Below are positions 24,803 to 37,880 of a stretch of DNA of 57,986 nt, one piece after another. The notes below the pieces were generated by a model. It saw only the letters and a list, made by a program, of their open reading frames with translations. It had not been told where the DNA came from and did no database searches. Both the position numbers and the translations under genes were made by a program. The number at the start of each line of letters is the position of its first letter. The first letter of the stretch is position 1. Source of the stretch: Fonticula alba ATCC 38817 (Eukaryota > Protista > Nucleariida); assembly GCA_000388065.2 (NCBI GenBank), contig KB932205.1. One strand, given 5' to 3'.

Positions 24803-27244
24803 GGCCAGTTGCCTGTTTCTTTCCCTCGCTCGCTTGTGACTGTTGGCTGATTTGCCATACGCACCGACTTCCGGGTTGTGGCGTGGTTCGAGGTTGACCA
24901 CGGCCGCGGAGACCTAGGATCGAGTGGGCGAAGGGTGGGAGATAGCGCGCAGGGGAGTCAGGACGCAAAGTGGGGAGAGGGGGGCGAGGGGGCAAACAGA
25001 GAGAGAGAGAGAGAGAGAGGGAGACAGGTGGCAAGTGCACATGGCTCAGCAAGGTCGGGGCCACAGACACACCTTCGGGGCCGGGACGAACACCTCCGGC
25101 GGCAGAACATATGGCATGGTGACCTTGCACAGGTGCTGTGCCAAAAAGGAGAGACGCGTGCGCGTGCGGCGATTGATGTCGGACACGAGTCGCTGGGCAG
25201 GAGAGGGAGAGCGAGGGGGACGAGGAGAGGGAGGGGAAAAGAAAGGCAGAGACAGCGTGAGTGAGACCCGCGGAGCAGGAGCATGCGTGATGATAGCACC
25301 AGCAGGGGGCGCTGCCGGCGGCAGGTGTGACGTACATCGGCCACCTCCTTCTGGAACATGAGCGTCATGCGGACATCGCGCCCGGGGCGGAAGATATTCG
25401 CGCCGTACGATTGCATGCGAAGCCAATTCAATAGCAGAGGAGTTGAAATGTTGAAGGGGAGGTTGCCCACCAGTCGGACCTTGGAGGCTGCGGTGACAGG
25501 GGAGTGGGCTTTTAGTTTGGTTGGGGTGTTTTGTTTGGGGCAGGGGTTCGGGGTGGGGGGGGGGGGGGGGCGCACGATTGAAGTGGTCCAGTAGACGTGG
25601 CAGGATCAGGCGATTGGCGTCCAGGATGTCGCCATGAATGATGTGCAGCTTGCCGCGCGATGCGTCGGCCAGGTTCTATTTGGCATTTTTCGCGAGGCCG
25701 GGGAAGGTGTTGCATGTGCTTGTGTGAGGCGGGTGTATCTCGAGGGGGGAGGGGGGGACAGTCGAAACAAGCCGCAAGACGGCGCACCTTGAGAGCCGGC
25801 AGGAAACGCGGATCCTTCTCCACAACGATGACCCGCTCGGCCGTGGAGTTCAGCAGAGAGCGCGTAAGCGAGCCGGGGCCTGTATGCGGGGCGGCAAGGG
25901 GGGGGACACAGAGTCGCAGGGGCATTTACACATACACACATGCAAATGCACGCACAGCTCAGCGGGTTAGTCGGCGCCCGGGGCTGGTGGGAGGGGACGC
26001 GCCCGAAGTCAGCCGGATGTTGGCACGCACCTGGCCCGACCTCGATGACGGTGGCTCCCTCGATGTCGGGGATACAGCGGATGATTTTCTCTGCCAGCAG
26101 CAATAAAAGGCTCACGGTCAGTGCCATCGCCACAGGAAGTGCCCAACAAACCGGCCCCCATTTGCCCCCCCCCCCCCCCCCATGGGGAACTCGTACCGGA
26201 AACATTCATGTCGAAGATGAAGTTCTGCGACAGCTGCGCGCGTGCTTGCAGACCGTACACCTTGACCACATCCGACACGGACATCATGGGCGGGAGGAAG
26301 CTCGTCCCGCCGACCACAACGCTGTTCATGGTGGTCATCGGGGTGGATTTCGGGGCGGCCAGCTTCGGGTGCAGGCGGTCTCGGCTGATGGGGATGTACC
26401 GCAGATTGGGCATGAGGCTGGAAAGTCGGCGCTTGCCCGGGCCGAAGTCCCGCAGCCGGGGGTGCTGGTAGTCGGCCTCGGGATCCACGTGCAGCGTGGC
26501 GTCCGCCTGCTGATCGGCGAAGGGGGGCTGGGGCTGTGGCGATTGCGGGGGTGTCGCCGGGTCCGGTGCGGCAGACCCAGCCTTCTGGCGGCCCTGGCCA
26601 CTTCGGCCAGAGGCCGCAGCGGCCGCCGCGAGGGCGGACACGGTGGCCGCGGCGGCACTCTGCTTCTTGGGCTTCGGGGCCGGGGCAGCCTCCGTGGCGG
26701 TGGTGGCAGCCTCCGACTGACTGGGCCGAGTGCCGATGCTAGACAGCCGAGAGAAAAGCGCCTCCGGCTGGAGGTCCAGCTGGGCCGCGAGGTCCGGGTT
26801 CAGCTGCTTGTCCAGGGCCGGCTTGTCCTGGGAGAACATGCGACTGAAAATCTGGTCCTTGACGTTGGTCCGGGGGGCGTCATCGGACTCGGCAGCGCTC
26901 GGGGTCGGGGGGGTCTTGCCCTCGGCGGCGGCGGCGGCGGCCGCGCGTGCGTCCGCCTGCAGTGCCCGATTGCGCCGGGCCTGGCGATTGATGCGCCCCT
27001 GCATGCCAATGCGATACTCGGCCTGGGTCAGTTCCGCGGCCCGGGGCAGGGTCATCTCCGCCATTGGGATGTTCCGCGGAGCCACCGATGCCAGGGCCTT
27101 GCGCAGGGGAAGGACCCCGGAAGGCGGGCTGGGCTTGTCATCAGCTGTGGCTGGTGAGCTTGACGAGTGGAAGAGAGCCGAGGCCGCCGGGCTGGAAAGC
27201 CGGCTGCCGACATGCTGGGCCAGACGCGTCCGGAGGGAGAGCAT
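23886..27244 (-). CDS. TFB1M: Mitochondrial 12S-rRNA dimethyladenosine transferase / transcription factor B1 (KsgA/Dim1 family)
   Basis: LPPMMSVSDVVKVYGLQARAQLSQNFIFD, IEVGPG|PGSLTRSLL, VVEKDPRFLPAL, KLHIIHGDIL, LVGNLPFNISTPLLLNWL, MTLMFQKEVAD, FVPAPK, VYNQRRKAIRN. Arg/Ser/Leu-rich presequence-like N-terminus. Confidence 0.93.
24767..24802. repeat. (TG)n(CG)n compound microsatellite, intronic
   Basis: TG tract followed by CGCGCGCG in a TFB1M intron. Confidence 0.9.
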
Positions 27245-28548
27245 CCTCAGGCGAGGGAGGGGGGCGGGGNNNNNNNNNNNNNNNNNNNNNNNNNNNNNNN
27301 NNNNNNNNNNNNNNNNNNNNNNNNNNNNNNNNNNNNNNNNNNNNNNNNNNNNNNNNNNNNNNNNNNNNNNNNNNNNNNNNNNNNNNNNNNNNNNNNNNNN
27401 NNNNNNNNNNNNNNNNNNNNNNNNNNNNNNNNNNNNNNNNNNNNNNNNNNNNNNNNNNNNNNNNNNNNNNNNNNNNNNNNNNNNNNNNNNNNNNNNNNNN
27501 NNNNNNNNNNNNNNNNNNNNNNNNNNNNNNNNNNNNNNNNNNNNNNNNNNNNNNNNNNNNNNNNNNNNNNNNNNNNNNNNNNNNNNNNNNNNNNNNNNNN
27601 NNNNNNNNNNNNNNNNNNNNNNNNNNNNNNNNNNNNNNNNNNNNNNNNNNNNNNNNNNNNNNNNNGGGGGGGTGGCGGATGCCCGCGACGGTGGGCAAAG
27701 ATCGGTCAGTCTGAGTGATGCGTGCCTCCCCCCCCCCCACCGCGCCAGCCGGGAGGGCCCGTGTCCTGTGTTCCCCTCGTTCCCTTTCCCGTCCTCCAGG
27801 CCGAGAGTGGGCGCGGGCGCGCTGGCCTCATGGGTGCGATCTCGGCGATCACGCCCAGGTCATGCGCGGCCGTGCGACCGTCCCCGCGCCGCGCCGGCCG
27901 CGGCCGGTCGTTTAGGTTTCCCCCCCCCCCAGGCTGGGACGACCTCCCACTGGCGCCCCTGCACCGCCCCCACCCGAAGGCACCGGCAGGCGGCCGGGAG
28001 GCGGTTGCCATCCAATTCGTTGGCACATGACACCGCGCGCCTTGTCCCGCGCTTTTGGGCCTCCCCCACCCCTGTTGGTTCTGCCCGGGACCCGGGAATT
28101 GTCCCGGAGACGGTCCGTGGCCCGCCCAGCCGCCCGTAAGGGGGAGGAGGAGGGAGGAGGGGATGTGGGTCGCGGCTCCGCTCGATAAAAAGGGAACTTA
28201 GCCACCGATCGGGGCCGGCCGTGCCCCGGCGGCAGCGTCCCCCCCCCCCCCCCCCTCTTCTCTCAACCTCTTGTGCTTCCCTTCCCCTCTGCCTCTCGCC
28301 CTGTCGCCCCTCCCCGCCCCCGATTCGCGGTAGTGGTGCGCCCCTCCCTCTGTCTCTCCCTCTCTCTCTCCCCCCTCCCCCTCCCCCTCCCCCCTTCTTC
28401 CCCTTCCCCAGCCGTCAGCAGTCACGGTCCCGTTCCCGGTCTCGCCGGACCCTCGCCCCCTCTTCCCCCTCTCCCTCCCCCCCCCTCCCCCCTGAGATCC
28501 TCACCCGGGTGAATTCCCCCCTCTCGCAGAGCCGCCAACGCCCCAGCG

Positions 28549-31473
28549 ATGTCAGGACCCGATCCCAGTCAGATCGTACGTTTGCCTCAACATTGGCGCC
28601 CCCCCCCCCCCTCCTCCCCAAAGTGTCGGATGTGTAATCACCAACTGACTTGTCCCCTGCCCCTTCGTCTCTCAATCACCCACACGCCGCGCACAGGCTT
28701 CCAGCTGGGCCGAGTACAAGTCCGCCACCGGGCGGCCGTACTACTATAACTCCATCACCAAGGAGAGCGTTTTCCAGCGCCCTGATGCCCTGCGCACGGC
28801 GGAGGAGGTGCGCCCCTTTCCCCTGACGACCGGCCTGCGCTTTTCCATCTCGCTTCGCTGTCTTCCCCCGCATCATAGGCCTGTCCCACTGACTGAGCTC
28901 CCCCTCCCCCCCCGGGCGCGCACGCCTGGCGCCTCTCGGGTATGCTCCCCCCCCCCATGCCAGCTTGCTTCCCCCTGGAGGGACTTCACCACCGAAGAGG
29001 GGAAGGTGTACTTCCACAACCGCGAGACCAAGGAAACCCTCTGGGACCCTCCGGCTGACTTCGCCGGGATTCTGGAGCGCGCCGGGCGCCTGCCCAAGCC
29101 CGCGTCCACCGCGCCGACCCCGGCGGTCCCGGTGGTCCCGGCGGTCCCGGTGGCCCCGGTGGTCCCGGTGGTCCCAATGATCCCGCCCGTGGCTCCGGTG
29201 CTCCCGATGGTGGTGCCAGATGTCGGGGTCCCGGTGGCCACTCCGATCACCGGCATTCCCCTGGCCGGGATGGGCCCGGTTGGTGGTGGTCGGCCCATGG
29301 CGGTCCCGAGTGTGCCGCTGGCGGCGCCAGTCGCTTCCGTGGTGGCTGGTCGGCCGGTCCTGCCCGGAGTCCCGGCACCGAGTATCATCCCGCCGGGGGC
29401 CGGGCAGCATGCCCTGGCCGGCCGGCCCACGGTCCCGGCGGCAATCCCCAGCCTGGCCGTCCCGACAGCCATGTCTCCTCTGGGTTCGTGTCGCGTCGGC
29501 CACTGTGTTGTCTCTTGTGCATGTTTTTTTTTTCCATGGGCCACACTAACTCCATGTTGCTGTTTGCTTGCCCACTGGCAGGCTCCCTGCCTGGTCATGG
29601 CCCGGAGCGCTTGGACCCGGCGGATCCGCGGTATCTCTTCCGCCTGATGCTGCGTGATGCGTATGCCCGGAAGCCGCATGGCCCCTTCGGACCGGACAGC
29701 CGGCGTGGGTGGACCTGGGAGCTTCTCCTGCGCGAGGTGATCGGCCAGCAGAATTACACCACCATCCCGACGCTGGAAGAGCGCAAGGCCGAGATCATCC
29801 GCTTCTTGGAGGATGTGGTACCGACCCCGGTGCCGCTGGCGGTGCTCAACGCCGCCGGGCCTGCCGGTGTGGATGTCGCCGACGAGCCGGACGAGGCGCC
29901 GAGCACGCGCCCCGGGTCACCCGGGCCTGGTGGCTCGGCTGGCACGGACCCCGAGGGGCCGGGTGCCGGCCAATCGGCCGATGTCCTGGCCAAGGAGGCC
30001 CTCGACATTGTGGCCTCCATGGATGAGGACTTCTCTCACCTGCTTGAGCGCTATCAGGATGTCCCGCCTGCGGCGTATGTCAGCCGACTGCAGGAGCTCT
30101 CGGCCGCGCGGACGCGCTTCTTTGACATGCTCCGCCGGCGCACCCAGCTGTCGGACATCGAGCTAGTCCGAGCGCTTCCCTCCATGCTGCCGGAAACGCA
30201 CTTCATGCTGCCAGAGATGTTGGCGTTGTCATCGTCGTCATCGTCGTCGTCGTCGTCGGCGGCGGCGGCCACGGCGCCAAGTGCAGCCGCGTCGGCAGCG
30301 GACCCGGCCACGGGCGAGGCTGCGGCCCCGGCGGCCTCGGCAGTGGATTCTGCGCCAGCGGACTCCGGCGCAACGTCAGCTTCGGCCTCGGCCTCGGCTT
30401 CGGTCGCGGCAGCGGCGGCAGCGGCGGCGGCGGTCGCTGCCGCCGCCGCCGCAGCGCGTCTGGAGAAAGACATCTCTGGGTCCATGCCGATCATCAACGC
30501 CCAGACTAAGTCCAACCGGTGGCGGTCTGTGGCCGAAGCATTCCGTGCGGATCCGGCCTTCCTGGCCGTCGAGCCGGAGGATCTGCGCCGGCTGCACTTC
30601 GAGCGGTATCTGGCCGTCATGCAGCATTACAGCCGGGTCCGAGCCAAGCGCCAGGAGGAGGACCTGCGTCGGCGCTTCCAGGCCGTGTTGGAATCGGTAC
30701 GCGCGCGCCCGTCCTTCGGATTGTTGCCTTCCATTGTGCAGTAGCTGCCCCCCCTCGACACTTGTCCCCCCCCCTCCCCCTCCTGTCGCGTCGGGTCTAA
30801 CATCGCACCTCGGCCATGCAGCTTCCCAACTTCTCGATTGAATCGCGCTTCAACGAGCTCCAGCCCCTGTGGCTCCGGAGCAAGGCCTTTATGGAGGATT
30901 CCGAGCTGCAGGGCTTGTCGAAGTTGCAGCAGCTGACCTTCTACCGGGAGATCATGGAGCCGCGGCTGCGGCGTGAGGTGGACAAGCTTGATGCCGAGCG
31001 TCGGGCCATCCTGCGCCGGGACCGCAAAAACCGCGACGCCTTCCGGGGGTTGCTGGAGGAGATGGTGCACCAGGGCAAAATTGAGGCCACCACTCGCTGG
31101 GAGGATGTTTATGCCAACATCCGGCAGTCGCACATTTTCCGCGCGATGTTGTCCAACTCCTCCGGCTCGCAGCCGCTGGATCTGTTCTTCGACCAGCTGG
31201 CTCGTCTGGTGGCTATCGCCGAGCGGGACCGCGAGGCGGTGGAGGCCATCCTCCAGTCGGCCGGTTTTGTGGTCACTGCACAGACCCCCTCGACGGACTT
31301 CTTCCGCGCGGTGTTGGCCGACCGCCGGGGCCAAGACCTGAAGAATCACAACTTGCGTTTCTTGTTTGAGGATGTACGTGTCCCTTCTGCTGCTGCTGAC
31401 GAGGGGCCCCTCTGTCCATTTGCCTCGCTTCGCAGGGCTGCATGTCTGGTGGCTTTGTCCCGGAGAATATGCA

Positions 31474-31545
<72 letters not shown>

Positions 31546-32351
31546 CCCCGTGTACTAACTTGTGTCTTTTCTCGAACCTCCCTCCTGTGTCCAACTGCCG
31601 TGGATAGCTCCGCCAGCGGGCCCTTGACGAGGAGGCCGACCGACAGAGGCTGCTGGAGCGCCGGCGTCGGGGGCTCTTCTCCTTCCTTCGTTCCAACTCA
31701 CTGGCCTGCACGCCGGGCGCCGATGTGAGCATGGTCCTGGCGGCTGCGGCACAAGCCCCGGAAGGGGAGGCCTTCATCGAGGCACATGCTGGGCGCGATG
31801 CCGACTTGCAGAAGGCCGTCGCCGAGTTTGTGCGTCTAGTAGCCGAAGGCAAGGAGCCCAAGTCCGAGGCGGATGACCGGCCGGATCGTGGGTCGGCGTC
31901 TGGGGATTCTGAGCTCCGGCACCGTCGGGGCTCGCGCTCAGGCTCGCGCTCACGATCTGTGTCCAGGTCACGGTCGCGGACCCGATCGCGTTCGCACTCG
32001 CACTCGCGTTCGCGGTCGCGGTCTCGGTCGGGCCTGCCGGACGGTGGGCGTCGTGCCGGCGGCCGTGGTGGCTATGGCTACTCTAGCCGTGGCAGGTCGC
32101 GGTCGAGGTCGCGGTCGCACTCACGCTCGCGCTCGCGCTCGCGTTCCCTTTCCCCCGGACGATCTGCCTACTATGGTGGCGGGTATGGCGACCGGCGTGG
32201 GTCCGGGCGGGGGCGCCTCCGTGACTCGCGCGACCGGGACTTCGATCGGCGCCGTGATCGGGACTACGACCGTCGCGAGCATGACCGGCGCCATGGCCGC
32301 GAGCGCGATGAGCTCGATGCTCCCATGGCCGGGGCCACCTCCTCCGGATAA
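28549..32351 (+). CDS. PRPF40A: U1 snRNP-associated splicing factor Prp40 (2 WW + FF repeats + RS tail)
   Basis: WW1 SWAEYKSATGRPYYYNSITKESVFQRP; WW2 PWRDFTTEEGKVYFHNRETKETLWDPP; FF repeats (RWRSVAEAFRADPAF; RKNRDAFRGLLEEMVHQGKIEATTRWEDVY; PLDLFFD); C-terminal RS/RD region; TAA at 32349-32351. Confidence 0.93.
31478..31544. repeat. (TG)30(CG)n compound microsatellite, intronic
   Basis: Perfect TG tract 31478-31537 then CGCGCGC in a PRP40 intron. Confidence 0.95.
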
Positions 32352-32810
32352 GGGACTTGTCATCCGGATGGGAGGGGGGNNNNNNNNNNCCCCCCCCCTC
32401 TTTTCTCCCTCCTCCTCGCGTTTGGTTATTTTTGCTTTCCCTGAACCCTTCTTCGTCCACATTCTCAGGACTCTCACTGTTGTGTCTATTTCTCTTCCCT
32501 CCCCCTCCATCGTCCCCCCCCCCTCTCTCTCTCTCCCTTCTCTCTCTTCACCTATCTCTGTCACCATCCTCTCTCTCCTCTACTTCTTGTCCTTGCCACC
32601 CTTTTGCTCAGCATCGTGCATCCTGACAGCGTGGCTTGGCTTCTCTGGAGTCCATATCCCATCGAAATATACCCCATGTGAAACCCCACCGCCGATCCAT
32701 CCTCCCATCTGTCCTCCCGGTCAGTGGGCTGTCTTCCTCGGTGGACGTGGGCAGAGGCAAAGGAGATGTATTTTCCGCCGGGCCACAGCTCGCCGAGCCA
32801 ACCGGCATAT

Positions 32811-35800
32811 TCAGTCCAGCGAAAAGTACACATTCGAGGCCGGGTGTGTTTGGAAGAAGTCGGCCCCAAACTCGTCGTACATTTGCCGGCTTGTGAATAC
32901 TGGCCCCCGGGCGGACATGGCCGCACCGCGCCACGCATCGAGAGTCGGATCGTGAAAAGGGGTGTCCTGAGTTGGAGACCCGCCACGCCCATCGAGCTGC
33001 CCAAATGGGCCGCGCAGGCGCAGTGACGCCGCATCGACTTCGTCCAAATTCATGCGGATGTCGGCAAAAAGACGCTCGCCAAAGCCGGGGAGGTTTACCG
33101 GGCCGCCGGTGCAGAAAACATCCTACCAGGGCACAGGCGGAGCAAAGGGCGATGGTCAGCGGGGCAAGTGCAGTCGAAATGACGGGCGGCGGTCAACACA
33201 CGAGGGTGGGGGTGGGGGTGGGGNNNNNNNNNNGGGGGGGGGGCAGAAATACCTGAACAACGCGCGAGCGTGCGGTTGGATTGATCTCGGCAAGCACCCG
33301 CGAAGCGGTCTGCGACAGGCCACACAGATCATTACCAATGATCGATGGCTGGAAGAGAGCCTGCATGGCAAAGTGGCGCAGGAGTACGCAGGCGCGCATG
33401 AGAGCCGGTCATGGGCGGAGAGGCAAGGCGAGCCAGGACAATGAGCACACCGATGTGTAAGTTGCAATCGGCAAGTGCGAAAACCAAAAGCAAAACACGG
33501 CGCGCGACGCACCTCGGGCACACGGAGGCGCTCGATGTTCAAATGGATCTGATGCTGCTCATGTAGGTTCAGGGTCTCGTCGCTGATGCCGCGCGCCAGC
33601 ATGGCATCCTTGACATTGGTTGGGGTGAAGCCGCGCGAGCGCTTGCGCGTGTTGAAAAAGGCCGGCAGAGCCACACCATGCGTCAGCAGGGCCAGGAGCC
33701 AGTCCTGCGAGCGGTCGACCAGCAGCGAGTCCACCGCATTCGGGGCCGACAGGTCAGTCGGCGTGAAGGCCGGCTCATACCGAACAATTTGTGTTTCGAT
33801 GGCCGCCAGCAGCGCAAGGTCCTCCTCTTCAGCCTCCTGATCACCCTCCGTAGACTGCGCAGTGTGGATGATTGCCACGCAGGGGCGCGTTAATGCACAC
33901 GCGGGACAGCAAGCATGCAGGATGCCGCGAAGTGTGGGGCGGAGATAGGGTGATGGTGGTGAGGGGGAGGGGGAGAGACACCCGAGGGTCGTACAATCTC
34001 GCGGTAAATGGACCAATCGCTGTCATCGGCGCCAAAGTTGTCATCGTCACTGTCGTCCTGGTTGCCGCGGCCGCCAGCCCGACCGCGCCCCCGGCGGCGC
34101 CCTCCCCGAGAGGGCCCGGTCTCGCCGGACGGATCCGAGGAAAGCCCCTCACCGGAGGAGGCCAGGTTGGCCAGGTGGCGCATGCGCTTTTGCGCGGTGG
34201 CCGAATGCCGGGACAAAAGTTGCTGCCGCCGGCTGCGCGACTCGCGCAGACGCTCGATGATGCGCTTTTCGGTTTCCATGGGTGTCAGCGTTTGGCCGGG
34301 AGAGGGGAGAATAGGGCCACAGGAAGGAAGGAGGGAAGGGAGGGGAAGCGGGCGGGGAGGGGGAAACGAATGGCCCATGGGCAAGTGTACCTGGCGCTCG
34401 GCCAATTTCTGTGCAATGAAAAGACGAGGGTCGGCCTCGTAGGCAAGTCGATCCAACTCGGCTTGCTCGGCCTCGGCCTGGAGTGCGGTCTGACGCTGTT
34501 CTTGGGCCCGGGCCCGGGCATCCGCCGCGCCCTTCAGCAGTCGCTGCTTGCGCTTCTCGCGCACTTCGGCCGGGGTGAGCTGTTCGTCCGGCACATCCAA
34601 CAGGGGGTATGCGGCTTCGGTCTTGGGGGACTAGCGTGTTGCAAACATGTCAGCAAGGACCAGCGGGGACGGAGGCAGGGGAGAAGGAGGACATCCGGCG
34701 GAGCATCCCCACTTCGTGGAGACGCCCGACCATGGTGTGCACGCACCGAGGTGGTGTCAATGCCGAGGGCGCGATTCCGGGCGGTGGTCAGTTCCCCTTC
34801 CGCTCGCTGGATCGCCTCCAGCAATTGATCCACCGACTGGAAGCCATTTCGAGAGAGGTACGCCTGTCCAGCGGGGCGGGAGCGGGGGGGGGGGGGGAGG
34901 GAGGAATAAACATCCAAGTTGGTGCGCCAAGGAGAAGGTAAGAGGACCGAAAGGAGAGCAGCGGACAGGGGCAGAGGGGGGGGGGCGGGGGCGAGGTGGG
35001 ATTCATCGCACCTGGAAGGCTTTTGGAGTCAAGACCTCCTGTTCGGCAAGGTGGACACGCAAGTTGTCAACCACCTCCTCAAGCCGAGCCATCCGGGCGG
35101 CGCGCTTCTTGGCCGCCTGTTCTTGCAGTCGGCGGCCGCTTTCGGCACGCATTTGCCGAATGCGCTCGATTTCCTCGGGGCTATTTTGCTTGAGCAGCTG
35201 GATGATGGCAGCCACACGCGCATGTGAATGCACGCAGATGTGTATGCATGCATGTATGTATGTGTGTGTGTGTGTGAGAGAGAGAGGAGGAGGTACACTC
35301 GGGGGAAGGGAGGCAGGGCGGAGGGCAGGTGGAACGCACAGCCTCGCTGACGCGGCATTGGATGATGCGATTCAGCCGATCGAAGATGTCGCGCGTGGGC
35401 TGGCCCTTGAGAGCCTCTGGCAGCAGGGAGCTCGATGATCGGTCGAAGAAGGTCATAATCTCTCGGGAATAGTCGGTACTCACGCGGCAGTGCTCATGAA
35501 TGAGACTGGCTAGCGTGTGAGGCGAGTTGAACTGATCCTGCAGATGGGGGTACTTCATGGACAGGATCGATCCGAGAAGGGACTCCATGGATGCGCCACC
35601 AAGGTCCACGCTGGGGCCGGGCGGGGGAGGTGCGAGGAGTCGAGCGGAGAGAGAGGGGAAAAGAGGGGGAGGGGATAAGTTTTCTGGGATCCCCAGGGAA
35701 AGGAGGGCCGACGGATCGGGGAAAAGAGGTGGTTGTGGCACACGAGCGCACCGCCGGGCATGGTTGAACTGAACCTGGCCGTCGAGAACCGGCACCACAT

Positions 35801-36952
35801 GTGAGTTCCGGTAGCCGGCAGCCACAATGAGCGACGCATCAGGTGCCGACTGGGAGCCCACCTGCGACAGGCCATAGTGGTAGGCATAGAGAAAGTCCAC
35901 GCCGTGCGAGACTGCCGGCGCGCCGTACAGCTCGAAGAGCATCTCGTTGGTGGCTGCACCGAGCGGGTGCAGATGGGAGGAGGCAGTCATGGCGATGTAT
36001 GTGAGCATGAGGCACCAGCAAGTGTGCAATGACCCAAGACCAGGGGATGTACACACCAGAGCGGATGCCATTCGGCAGGCAAAAGGCTTCCGTGATGACC
36101 AGCGGGTGGTCCACCGCTTGACCACGGACGCCTAGGCGAGCAAAGGAAAAGTCCAGGATCTCCTCCTGGGGGTGCCAGGAGGGGAGGCACCGGTGTCGTG
36201 GGACAGGAGAGGAGGGGAGGAGGGGGAGGAGGGGGAGGTATCAGAGGAAGGGCATCGCAGAGGGGCGTGCGCATGGGCATGTATGTGTATGTGTTTCATG
36301 TACCATGACGTCAAAGTTGACCAGGAGCCCGTGGTCTGCACCGTGGGGCTGGCGTGCGTGGAGGCGACTGCCAGTCGGATCGGCGTAGACAGCGTGGCCG
36401 ACGCGCGTGAGATTGGCCGATGGGTCATCGGTTTTGCGGTTGACCCGCGGCTTGGCGGCCACGCTGGGAAAGTCCACTGGTGTTGTCGTTGTCGGCGGCG
36501 TCGTCGGTGTCGTGGTCGTTTTTTCCGTCCCCCACACAGTGTGGAGACACGCAAGAGTGGCGCGGGTCAGAAGGGGGACGAGCGGAAATGGGTCCAGAGC
36601 AGAGCTGACGTACGGCAGGGAGCCGGGTCACTTGACCAGCCGGCGCGGAAGTTGAAGGACCCTGTTCGGGCGAGGGGCGTGGCGCGGCCGGGAGGGACAC
36701 GGAGCAGGCGTGTAGCATGAGTTGGTGGCCGAGAGAGGGGTGGGGGAGGACCCAGCGAAGTGCGCGGCGAGGGCGAGGCAAGGACGAACCATTGTCAATG
36801 ATGATCGCCTGGCGCTGGTCGCCTGTGGCTGGGGCGAAGCGTGGCGGGTTTTCCCGCTCCAGGCTTGGGAGCTTGGCCTGCGGGAGGTGGTAGATTGGTC
36901 GAGTCTGCTCCGAAGGGGAGTCCCCCAGGCCGGGCGGGGCGTCGGAGGTCAT
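32811..36952 (-). CDS. ACTR5: Actin-related protein 5 (INO80 complex), multi-exon
   Basis: QAIIIDNG|..., DHPLVITEAFCLPN, EMLFELYGAPAVSHGVDFLYAY, AGYRNSHVVPV, VDLGG, helical insertion typical of Arp5, HLNIERLRVPE|..LFQPSIIG, DPTLDAWRGAA...YDEFGADFFQTHPASN. Start codon inferred just downstream of the 37024 gap. Confidence 0.92.
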
Positions 36953-37880
36953 TTGCGAATGGGCTCCCCGCGCGAGGGAGTTGGCTGCCAAAGAGAATGG
37001 GCGGGGGCGCGAGGGGCGGGCGGNNNNNNNNNNNNNNNNNNNNNNNNNNNNNNNNNNNNNNNNNNNNNNNNNNNNNNNNNNNNNNNNNNNNNNNNNNNNN
37101 NNNNNNNNNNNNNNNNNNNNNNNNNNNNNNNNNNNNNNNNNNNNNNNNNNNNNNNNNNNNNNNNNNNNNNNNNNNNNNNNNNNNNNNNNNNNNNNNNNNN
37201 NNNNNNNNNNNNNNNNNNNNNNNNNNNNNNNNNNNNNNNNNNNNNNNNNNNNNNNNNNNNNNNNNNNNNNNNNNNNNNNNNNNNNNNNNNNNNNNNNNNN
37301 NNNNNNNNNNNNNNNNNNNNNNNNNNNNNNNNNNNNNNNNNNNNNNNNNNNNNNNNNNNNNNNNNNNNNNNNNNNNNNNNNNNNNNNNNNNNNNNNNNNN
37401 NNNNNNNNNNNNNNNNNNNNNNNNNNNNNNNNNNNNNNNNNNNNNNNNNNNNNNNNNNNNNNNNNNNNNNNNNNNNNNNNNNNNNNNNNNNNNNNNNNNN
37501 NNNNNNNNNNNNNNNNNNNNNNNNNNNNNNNNNNNNNNNNNNNNNNNNNNNNNNNNNNNNNNNNNNNNNNNNNNNNNNNNNNNNNNCCCCGAGAGGGCTT
37601 AGTCCACGAGTAGAAACACCCCCACTGCCAACTGAACGGTCGCGGCCCGCGGTGCGCTTGTTGTGATGTCCCCCACACATGCTTGACTTTCTCTCCCTCT
37701 CTCGCCCTTTCCTGCTCTCTTTCTTCCTGTCTCTCTTTCCCGCCCCCTGTCCCGTTAAATTGAGATAGCAAGCCGAGCTCCTGGAACGCAGAAACAAAAT
37801 TCATTGGCGGCCCTATCCCCACCCCGCCCACCTCCCCAGGTCCGACCCCCGGGCCAGGAGGGCACGCTTGGACAGGAGGA

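Noticed and set aside
24883-24895. GGTTCGA resembling a tRNA T-loop
   Set aside because: Antisense to a TFB1M exon; no cloverleaf can be built.
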